From Candidatus Omnitrophota bacterium (GTDB lineage Bacteria > Omnitrophota > Gorgyraeia > Gygaellales > JBFMHM01): a stretch of DNA of 64,000 nucleotides. The notes under the pieces are model-generated. The model made no database searches. It saw nothing but the letters and a program-made list of their open reading frames with translations, and was not told the origin of the DNA. Position numbers and translations under genes: made by a program. Shown piece by piece: positions 37,890 through 45,990 of the stretch (its first letter is position 1; every line of letters starts with the position of its first letter). The stretch lies in assembly GCA_040753015.1 (NCBI GenBank), contig JBFMHM010000001.1, positions 82,731 through 146,730 on the forward strand. The letters run 5' to 3'.

Positions 37890-40445
37890 ATGAAAAAAAT
37901 ATTTTTTAGTTTGGTTGTTTCTATAACTTTAATTTGTTTGGGCACTATGTCCGCTGATGCACAAATCAAGAAACAACCTTATAATACAAAAGGTAATCCC
38001 GTGGCTATGCCAAGGCTTTCTATGGAAATAAGTTTACAAAATCAAAATCAACAAGCAATCAATGAAATTCGCGCGGGGCAGCCATTTAATATTCGTGCGA
38101 TCGTAACAAATAGCGGTAACGCTGAAGGTAGAATAACGCGACTTGAACTTTCAGATAATGGGCAGCGTATTAATCCACCGCTCAATACAATTGAAGTTCA
38201 AAATAATGGCCGTATGCCTTATAAAGCAACTAGTTGTGAAGTAATTATTCGTAATATAGTTATTCAGCAACAAGGCCAGCATACAATAACTTTACAACTA
38301 CGAGATGGCAATAATAACATTATCCCGGGTAATAATTCAGTTCCTTTACAAGTAATCGCCCCACAAGTTCAGCAACCAGCCGGAAGAGCTAGTATTGATA
38401 TTATTGATCCCATAGAAATAAATCCTAATCCCCTACGACCTGAGGATATATTTATTATTAATATTAATGCAAGAAACTTTGGTGCCGCGCACGGAATAAT
38501 AGAAAGAGTAGAAGTTACAGATAATTTTAATGTTATTCCTAACCTAATTCTTAATGTTAATGCACAACACGGACGCATCGTAATTCCTAACGATAATCAG
38601 AGTTACCCAATTTCGGTTCAATGCCAGCCGTTACAAACAGGAAGACATACAATACGTGTTAGATTTTTTTACAGCAGTGCTGCAGAACATCAAGAACATA
38701 TTTTTGATAGTCCGTACTCTGATCCAGTTATTCTAGAAATATCTGAACCGCAAGCACAGCCAAGCTTTGATAATCCCCAGCCTAGAATAATTGCGATAGC
38801 ACCAAGTCGCCCCAGTATCAATGAACCTTTTGGCGTAACTACAAGAATTACAAATTCCGGCAATGGTCCAGCTACAATAACTATGTCACGAATCTTTGAA
38901 GGCGATAATACTATTGGCACTAATAATGAAAGATTTGAAATAAACCCCAATATTACTATTAATAAAAATATAGCTTGCCAAGGTATAAGGCATCCCGGCG
39001 AACATACTATAGTTACTAAATTTTTTGATATTAATAATACGCCTATTTCAAGCGAACCGTTTACTTTTAATGTTATAGCAGCTAATTTTAACGAATCTTC
39101 TATATCGCGAGCTAGCCATTCAATCATTGCGAATCAATTATTTACAGTAACAGCAAACATTACGAATTCTGGAAACGGCCTAGGTACAATAAATACATCG
39201 ACAATTTTGTTACCAAACGGCAACCCTATAAGCACAGGAAGAAATGTATCACAACGTATTAATATCAAACCAGGCGAAACTGTTACTAAAGATATACAAT
39301 GTTTTATTATGCAGCAAGGTGAATATGATATAATTTTGGAACTAACTGACTCTAATAATAATGTTTATCGAAGCACGCCATTTCATATTGTCGTTGAACC
39401 TGCGCCACAAAGATTACCTAATCTTTCTATTGCCCGCGTATTTGCTACGATAGAAAACCGAGAAATCGATATAGTGCCGTCCAATACACCTTTTACTATT
39501 TCTATCGTAGTAAGCAATAGAGAAGGACAAGCAGATGGAATACTCTCTAATATCGAAATCAGAGATAATAATGCAATAATACCCTTGCCTGCGCCAAATC
39601 GTAATGTAACTGTTACTCGCGGCCAAGAACTAACTATACCAATCCGTATTCCAAACGGCATACAACAACCTGGTGAGCATAGGATAATGGTAACCCTTAT
39701 CGATAACAATAATAATTCTATTCCCGGCAATAATTTAGTTGCTCTACAAGTCCAAGAAGCACCTCGGCCACAGCCCCAGCTTGCTATATCTAACATTGCC
39801 ATAACAAATTTACAAAATCAGCCAATTAACTCCATTATCGCAGGCCAGCCTTTTAATATTGCCGTAACCGTAAATAATTCAGGCAACGCAGAGGGTGTTA
39901 TACAACGGGCGGAAGCGATAGATAACAATAATCTCATGAATCCGCAACCTCAAGTTAATCTTTCGAATAATGGACGCATTCCCGCTGGTGAACGAAATTA
40001 TAGAATAGAGTTTCTTAATGCAATAATTCAAAATCCCGGACCTCATCAAATCAACGTAAGGCTTACTGATTCAAGTGGAAATAGATACGATGTTAACCCG
40101 ATTATCCTACAAGTCCAAGAAGAACCCCGGCCAGAGGTTATAATTAATTCTGTAACTGCTACAGCTAATATCAACCTAAGAGATAGGCCCCAACCAGTTA
40201 CAGTAAATATTGAAGCAAGAAGCAATAATGCTCCTAGTACAATTAATGTAGAAATATTAGACCCGGATAACAACAGGCTAGAATTAGTTAGAAACATATT
40301 GCTTAATGTAAATGTAGATACCAGAGTACCACCAATAACAACATCACAAAACGCCCCTAGATCAACAAGACAAGTAAGGATTATAATCACCAGAGAAGAT
40401 AACACTGTTATTTTTGATCAACAGATAGATATTGCAAATCAATAG
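37890..40445 (+). CDS. Secreted Ig-like/CARDB-type repeat protein
   Basis: Signal peptide; about six repeats with F-x-I-x-x-x-V-x-N-x-G-N-A-x-G and G-x-H-x-I motifs. Confidence 0.75.
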   Translation: MKKIFFSLVVSITLICLGTMSADAQIKKQPYNTKGNPVAMPRLSMEISLQNQNQQAINEIRAGQPFNIRAIVTNSGNAEGRITRLELSDNGQRINPPLNTIEVQNNGRMPYKATSCEVIIRNIVIQQQGQHTITLQLRDGNNNIIPGNNSVPLQVIAPQVQQPAGRASIDIIDPIEINPNPLRPEDIFIININARNFGAAHGIIERVEVTDNFNVIPNLILNVNAQHGRIVIPNDNQSYPISVQCQPLQTGRHTIRVRFFYSSAAEHQEHIFDSPYSDPVILEISEPQAQPSFDNPQPRIIAIAPSRPSINEPFGVTTRITNSGNGPATITMSRIFEGDNTIGTNNERFEINPNITINKNIACQGIRHPGEHTIVTKFFDINNTPISSEPFTFNVIAANFNESSISRASHSIIANQLFTVTANITNSGNGLGTINTSTILLPNGNPISTGRNVSQRINIKPGETVTKDIQCFIMQQGEYDIILELTDSNNNVYRSTPFHIVVEPAPQRLPNLSIARVFATIENREIDIVPSNTPFTISIVVSNREGQADGILSNIEIRDNNAIIPLPAPNRNVTVTRGQELTIPIRIPNGIQQPGEHRIMVTLIDNNNNSIPGNNLVALQVQEAPRPQPQLAISNIAITNLQNQPINSIIAGQPFNIAVTVNNSGNAEGVIQRAEAIDNNNLMNPQPQVNLSNNGRIPAGERNYRIEFLNAIIQNPGPHQINVRLTDSSGNRYDVNPIILQVQEEPRPEVIINSVTATANINLRDRPQPVTVNIEARSNNAPSTINVEILDPDNNRLELVRNILLNVNVDTRVPPITTSQNAPRSTRQVRIIITREDNTVIFDQQIDIANQ
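40134..40444. repeat. 311-bp direct repeat shared with 41553-41863
   Basis: Appears identical by eye; encodes the shared C-terminal domain EVIINSVTATANI..DIANQ. Confidence 0.92.
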
Positions 40446-40478
40446 ATAGTACGTAAGATTATAATGAATGGAGGCTGC

Positions 40479-41864
40479 ATGAAAAAAATATTTTTTGTTT
40501 TTGTTGTACACGTAGTATTAACTTGTTTAATTAATACTACAGCATACTCACAAGGAATTTTAAACCAAGATAACCAAAATCTTATTATTAATTCAGTTAT
40601 TATTGATCCTCAAATACCAGAGGCTAACCAACTTTTTAATATAAATGTTGAATTAAAAAATATTGGTAAGCAAAATCTTACTTTTGATGTCATAGAAGCA
40701 CAGACCCAACCCGAAGGAGTTATTTGGCGTCTAAGCTTTCCGAATGCAAGAACCATATCTCCAAAAACTAGTTTTTATTCCGGGCTAATTGAATGTCGTC
40801 CATTAGTCAATTCCGGGAAGCGAACATTAACAATAGTTGTAAAAAGTAGGAATAGAATAATTACACAAAAAAATATTGAAATAAAAGTTAGAAATGCAGC
40901 TGGGCCACTACTTTCAATTACTAATGTAATCGCTAGTCCTATTAATCAAAATCAGGGTTTTACCGTCACGGCTACAGTAAGAAATAGCGGGAATGCCGAA
41001 GGACGTATTATATCTACAACACTGCGAGCACAAGGAAATAATTTTATACTACAAAATAATATTGATAGGCTTGTAAGATCGCGATCAGAAGAACAAATTG
41101 AAATACGTTCACCAAATGGTTTTCCTACTCCAGGATTCAAAAATATGCTTTTAATTATTGAAACTGCCGATAACGCAAGAATACCTCCATTTCCTTTTGT
41201 AATAGAAGTTATTGAAACCAGAGCGCAAATTGGAATTATTAATCCTATTGAGATAAATCCTAATCCCGCTAACACAGGACAAGCATTTGATATTCTTACA
41301 AGAGTGCAAAATATCGGAAATGAAGGAGGAAGCATACGACACTTAATCGTAACGGATAACAATTTTCATCTTTTTGATGAAAGACCCAATGAAGTTATTC
41401 CCGCGGGTGAAAATCGAGTAATTACAACACGTATCCAAAACGGCATTCAAAATCTCGGCCCGCACCAGGTAAGCGTGCGCCTAACTGACTCAAATAATTA
41501 TCTCCATACCAGTAACCCAGTTATTATCCAAGTCCAAGAAGCACCTCGGCCCGAGGTTATAATTAATTCTGTAACTGCTACAGCTAATATCAACCTAAGA
41601 GATAGGCCCCAACCAGTTACAGTAAATATTGAAGCAAGAAGCAATAATGCTCCTAGTACAATTAATGTAGAAATATTAGACCCGGATAACAACAGGCTAG
41701 AATTAGTTAGAAACATATTGCTTAATGTAAATGTAGATACCAGAGTACCACCAATAACAACATCACAAAACGCCCCTAGATCAACAAGACAAGTAAGGAT
41801 TATAATCACCAGAGAAGATAACACTGTTATTTTTGATCAACAGATAGATATTGCAAATCAATAA
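40479..41864 (+). CDS. Secreted Ig-like/CARDB-type repeat protein, paralogue of 37890-40445
   Basis: MKKIFF signal peptide after GGAGG; three repeats plus the identical C-terminal domain. Confidence 0.75.
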   Translation: MKKIFFVFVVHVVLTCLINTTAYSQGILNQDNQNLIINSVIIDPQIPEANQLFNINVELKNIGKQNLTFDVIEAQTQPEGVIWRLSFPNARTISPKTSFYSGLIECRPLVNSGKRTLTIVVKSRNRIITQKNIEIKVRNAAGPLLSITNVIASPINQNQGFTVTATVRNSGNAEGRIISTTLRAQGNNFILQNNIDRLVRSRSEEQIEIRSPNGFPTPGFKNMLLIIETADNARIPPFPFVIEVIETRAQIGIINPIEINPNPANTGQAFDILTRVQNIGNEGGSIRHLIVTDNNFHLFDERPNEVIPAGENRVITTRIQNGIQNLGPHQVSVRLTDSNNYLHTSNPVIIQVQEAPRPEVIINSVTATANINLRDRPQPVTVNIEARSNNAPSTINVEILDPDNNRLELVRNILLNVNVDTRVPPITTSQNAPRSTRQVRIIITREDNTVIFDQQIDIANQ

Positions 41865-42131
41865 CATTGAAGCTGACTTTAAAAAATTTTATATATTTTA
41901 TAAAAAAAACTTGACAATATCAATTTAATATGATAAAAATTAAATATAATATATAATTTTAAACACTAGAGATAACTTAAATTATGGCAGAAAGGAGGGA
42001 TGAAAAAATCTTTTTCTTAAAGATTATGCGCCTAGAGTTATCAAAATCTAGTGATATATAAAAGAAAATACCTTAGGGTTTAACCCTAGTTCTAAAATAT
42101 AACAAACGTTTTTTTAATGTGGAGGATTCAA

Positions 42132-43784
42132 ATGAAAAAAAGTTTATTAATCGCATGTTTAGCGATACTTGCATTTATCGCTATAACTATGCCCTCATAC
42201 GCCGCTGTGCAAAATATTAAGCTAAGCGGTGATTTGTTGATGAGAGGCATCTCTCGCTGGCAATTTGATTTTGTCGGTGACAAAACTGATGACGGAGCAA
42301 CCGTAATGGCTGGCGCAGGGGCTTGGAATGAAAATGGTCAAAATTATTTTATGACAACTGCCAGAGTAAGACTTGATGCTGATTTAACTGATAATGTTTC
42401 TGCAACTGTTAGAGTTCTAAATGAAAGAAAATGGGGTAACAAAGGAACTGATTCAAATCATGCTAATGGAAACCCTGGCTATAAAGCAGGAAGCGGTATC
42501 GATACTAATGATGATAATGTTAGGATTGATCTTGCTTATGCCACGTTAAAAGAATTCCTTTATGCACCATTAACATTAACTATCGGCCGGCAAAGAATGC
42601 AATTCGGCAATGGCATGATTGTTGGTGATTGGGATACAAATCTTGCCGCAACAACTGGTTATGCTACAGCACCTAACCCATCAACAGTAGCTCAAGCTGG
42701 CGGCCCACAAGGCGCTGTTATGAACAGATGGGGCAATTTTGGTTATTATAATCCTGCTCCTGATTTAAGCGAAGATAAATCGTTTGATGCAATCAGAGCA
42801 ACTATTAATTTAGATCCTTTAACAATGGATCTTTTATATGCAAAGTTAGATGAACAAGATCCTGCATTAGCCGATGATCTCGATCTCTGGGGTTTAAATA
42901 CCGGCTATAAGTTTGATTTACCTATACCATTTTTTTCTGAAATTTATTATTTTGGAAAATACCGTGGTAAAGATTATGTTAATGATGATACCGGTGTACT
43001 CTCAGCAGCAGCCGGCGCTACCCGTGAAATCAATAAAAATGATCAAGTACATACGCTCGGTGCAAGAGTGAGCCTCGATCCAGCTGAAAATCTTAATGTT
43101 CAATTTGAACTTGCTGGCCAGGTTGGTAGATACAATCCTCGGTTAGATCCAAATGATAGTGGTGCTTCTACTGTAAATGGTGTAGCAAGAGCTGCATGGG
43201 CAACTGAATTATCTGTTAATTATGATATACCAAAGTGGAAATTCAACCCAAAATTTATGGGTAGTTATGCATTTTTCTCTGGTGATCCGAAAGCAGCTAA
43301 CAGAGATCCTTCTATCGCCCCTGTCGCAGGAAATGCAGCATCATCAACTTCAGGCGCAGAAACATATAATGGATGGGATCCAATGTTTGAAAATCAAACA
43401 TTTGGCCATATTGCCAATGCTTTATTCAAACAAACCAATATGCACATATGGATGCTAAAAAGTTCCTTTACGCCATTACAGGATATCAATGTTGACCTTG
43501 GCTATAGCTATTACAGATTAAATAGGGGTTTTAATCAAGGTGATAGAGTTATCTTAAATGGTTTATTTGGCGGCCGTGCATATTTTATGAATGCACACGA
43601 TCATCTTGGACAAGAACTCGATGCAAACATCACTTACGACTACACTGAAGATGTTCAATTCGGGCTATTAGGAGGATTATTCTTCCCCGGAAATGCATTT
43701 ATGGAAAGTGGTAACGGTGGGCAATTCTTAACAAACCACAAAACAGCATCTGAAGTTATCGGTTCAATGAAAGTAACCTTCTAA
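42132..43784 (+). CDS. Outer-membrane beta-barrel, alginate-export (AlgE-like) family
   Basis: Signal peptide, DLAYA.L, TIGRQ..FG.G..VG, FDAIR, GQELD, terminal Phe. Confidence 0.8.
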   Translation: MKKSLLIACLAILAFIAITMPSYAAVQNIKLSGDLLMRGISRWQFDFVGDKTDDGATVMAGAGAWNENGQNYFMTTARVRLDADLTDNVSATVRVLNERKWGNKGTDSNHANGNPGYKAGSGIDTNDDNVRIDLAYATLKEFLYAPLTLTIGRQRMQFGNGMIVGDWDTNLAATTGYATAPNPSTVAQAGGPQGAVMNRWGNFGYYNPAPDLSEDKSFDAIRATINLDPLTMDLLYAKLDEQDPALADDLDLWGLNTGYKFDLPIPFFSEIYYFGKYRGKDYVNDDTGVLSAAAGATREINKNDQVHTLGARVSLDPAENLNVQFELAGQVGRYNPRLDPNDSGASTVNGVARAAWATELSVNYDIPKWKFNPKFMGSYAFFSGDPKAANRDPSIAPVAGNAASSTSGAETYNGWDPMFENQTFGHIANALFKQTNMHIWMLKSSFTPLQDINVDLGYSYYRLNRGFNQGDRVILNGLFGGRAYFMNAHDHLGQELDANITYDYTEDVQFGLLGGLFFPGNAFMESGNGGQFLTNHKTASEVIGSMKVTF

Positions 43785-43805
43785 TTAATCAGAAGGAAGC
43801 AATTT

Positions 43806-43837
43806 ATCCCCCGCAGAGTTTCTGCGGGGGATTTTTT
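43806..43837 (+). terminator. Rho-independent terminator
   Basis: ATCCCCCGCAGA-GTT-TCTGCGGGGGAT followed by a T run. Confidence 0.9.
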
Positions 43838-43838
43838 A

Positions 43839-43867
43839 TTGACAAAATCTATTGTAGTATATACAAT
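43839..43867 (+). promoter_or_regulatory. Sigma-70 promoter
   Basis: TTGACA, 17 bp, TACAAT. Confidence 0.65.
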
Positions 43868-43888
43868 AAGAATAAAGAGAGGAATCAA

Positions 43889-44206
43889 ATGCAGAATGAT
43901 GATGAAATAAAAGAAGGTAAAATATTTGCCTTAATGGGTTATTTGTCAATACTTTGTTTGATTCCGCTTATTCTCAAGAAAGATAATAAATTCGTTTTAT
44001 ATCATGCTAAGCAAGGGCTCGTTATATTTATTATTGAACTAATTCTTATGCTTATAGGAATTTTACCATTTATTGGCTGGCTAATAAGTGTTTTAGGAAC
44101 ATTTTTATGTATGTTAATTTCACTATATGGTATTATTGAATGTTTAATAGGAAACTACGTTAAAATTCCTCTGGTTAGCTATATTGCTTCAAAAATTGAT
44201 TTATAA
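43889..44206 (+). CDS. DUF4870-like membrane protein
   Basis: YL..LC.IPL..K.DNKFV.YHAKQG..IP.V pattern, three TMs. Confidence 0.8.
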   Translation: MQNDDEIKEGKIFALMGYLSILCLIPLILKKDNKFVLYHAKQGLVIFIIELILMLIGILPFIGWLISVLGTFLCMLISLYGIIECLIGNYVKIPLVSYIASKIDL

Positions 44207-44208
44207 TA

Positions 44209-44685
44209 ATGAATAAAATGAAATTATTAATATTTGTATTATCTACGGTTTTTTTATTTATTAATCCTTATATTTCTTATAGCGAAAAAGCGAAGGACTT
44301 GCAAGCAGTGGTTAGTGAAAACATAACTAATGCAAGATCCCTAAAACAAGAAATTGAATCATTAAATAATTCCTTAAATTGCCAAAGTTTAACAAAAATT
44401 AAATTAGCTTATAAAACACTTTATTCTAAATTTGGCCTGTACGATAAAGAGTTAACTGATTTACTACAAGTATTAATAAACCTGCAAGGCATAGCTCAAA
44501 AAGTTGATGGCCTGTCAAACGGCCTACTTTTACTTACAGTAAGAAATAGCATCGCAAGCGACCTCGATCTATTAAAAAATAATATCTTTAGTATTGAACT
44601 AAATACACTCTTCAAAAAATATCTATTATTAATTAGCTCTCTATTGATTACCCTAATTATCTATTTATACTTTAGAAAACGCTAA
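44209..44685 (+). CDS. Hypothetical exported protein with C-terminal anchor
   Basis: Signal peptide, coiled coil, C-terminal TM followed by RKR. Confidence 0.6.
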   Translation: MNKMKLLIFVLSTVFLFINPYISYSEKAKDLQAVVSENITNARSLKQEIESLNNSLNCQSLTKIKLAYKTLYSKFGLYDKELTDLLQVLINLQGIAQKVDGLSNGLLLLTVRNSIASDLDLLKNNIFSIELNTLFKKYLLLISSLLITLIIYLYFRKR

Positions 44686-44687
44686 TA

Positions 44688-45020
44688 ATGGAGTTTGATA
44701 AACGCTCGATCAAGGTTGAATTTTTTAAATCAAGCGGCCCTGGTGGACAGCATAAGAATAAGAAAAAGACTGCTGTGAAGCTTACCTATATACCCACAAG
44801 GGTAACTATCAGAGAAACTCGAGAGCGCTCCCAAACCCAAAACCTCAAAAATGCTCTAAACAAGCTCGATATCAAACTTAAAAAACTGCACAAAAAGGGG
44901 AAAAAGAGGGTAGCAACTAAACCTACAAAAATATCCAGAGAAAACAGACTAAAATATAAAAAATTCATTAGCAAAAAGAAAAAGATGCGGCTAAAAAATA
45001 TTAAACTAGATAATTTATAA
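44688..45020 (+). CDS. Peptide chain release factor-like protein (ArfB-like)
   Basis: SSGPGGQHKNK, ERSQTQN, basic C-terminal tail. Confidence 0.85.
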   Translation: MEFDKRSIKVEFFKSSGPGGQHKNKKKTAVKLTYIPTRVTIRETRERSQTQNLKNALNKLDIKLKKLHKKGKKRVATKPTKISRENRLKYKKFISKKKKMRLKNIKLDNL

Positions 45021-45051
45021 TCTTTGTAGTATAAATAAAAAAGGAGGCTAT

Positions 45052-45333
45052 ATGTTATGTTGTTGTGCAATTATGCCTATAATAAAGGCAGTATTTATGC
45101 TCGTATTGGCTTTTTTTGTATTCTTGGCTGTAAGTAAAACAGAGTTAAAAGGCCTGAAACTATTTGGAAAAATCTTAGGGGTTATATTATTAATATTGGC
45201 AGGATACATGATTGCCATGAATGTATGTTCGCGCATGTCAAATGGCCGATGCCCAATGAAATACAATAAAGATAAAGGTAATATTCATATGAAAATGCAT
45301 CACCAACAAATGATACAGCAAGAAGTAAAATAA
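45052..45333 (+). CDS. Small membrane protein
   Basis: AAGGAGG RBS, two TMs, Met/His-rich tail. Confidence 0.65.
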   Translation: MLCCCAIMPIIKAVFMLVLAFFVFLAVSKTELKGLKLFGKILGVILLILAGYMIAMNVCSRMSNGRCPMKYNKDKGNIHMKMHHQQMIQQEVK

Positions 45334-45358
45334 ACAATAAATAAAAGTAGAATTATCT

Positions 45359-45389
45359 ATAGGCATCCATAAATTGGGTGCCTATTTTT
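45359..45389 (+). terminator. Probable terminator
   Basis: ATAGGCATCC-ATAAATT-GGGTGCCTAT then a T run. Confidence 0.65.
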
Positions 45390-45399
45390 ATATTGCTTT

Positions 45400-45427
45400 A
45401 CTTCCTATAATATATCTTATGTTAACT
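45400..45427. other. dif-like XerC/D recombination site
   Basis: ACTTCCTATAA-TATATC-TTATGTTAACT, 11-6-11 layout, close to B. subtilis dif (ACTTCCTAGAA TATATA TTATGTAAACT, recalled); intergenic at the gene-orientation switch. Confidence 0.85.
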
Positions 45428-45730
45428 ACGATAAATAGCAATATATTCCATAACACATTGTTTTATAAGGATTTATGTAATTGTAGGGATTTCCTGTTAA
45501 TAAGCACTTCTTGGCTTACTGAGACTTACTTATTCTTAACAGGCAAGCTGCTATCTCTTTACATTTAATTTAGTTATGAATAATCTGTTATCTTATCTAA
45601 ACTTACTTTTATTTCACTTACCCTAACTTACTTATTATTTCAAAAAAATCTACCTCTGGCTGGTACCAGAAAGTATATACTCTAAATCGCCGTTTGTTAA
45701 GTTTATTTTCAAAAAAGATGGTATATATTA

Positions 45731-45990
45731 TTAAGTAATAATAGCAATTTGAATTAGTGATAAATCAATACCACCTGTAGGCTCTACTGAAGCCATTTTG
45801 GTACCAGATTGACCTGGATTTGGTAAGGCTTTTTGGGCTTGATTGGCTATAATTTCTAGTGCTTCTTGACCGCTAGGATTACCCGCAACCAACTGCGCAG
45901 TATCCGGCTTAACCCCGGCTTTAAGAAGTTTGGTTATAGCTAGATTCGTAAACATATTAATAAATTGTTTTATATCCTTTCCTAGCACAA
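45731..45990 (-). pseudogene. Frameshifted C-terminal segment of the giant protein (GGIDL tail)
   Basis: VLGKDIKQFINMF..ASVEPTGGIDLSLIQIAIIT* overlaps the end of 45957-51140 in the +1 frame. Confidence 0.6.

Noticed and set aside
42000-42020. uORF MKKSFS* upstream of the porin
   Set aside because: AAGGAGG lies only 1 nt from the ATG, too close for normal initiation
45374-45568. 64-aa TTG-start ORF
   Set aside because: Spans the terminator and dif site, has no RBS and has low-complexity composition
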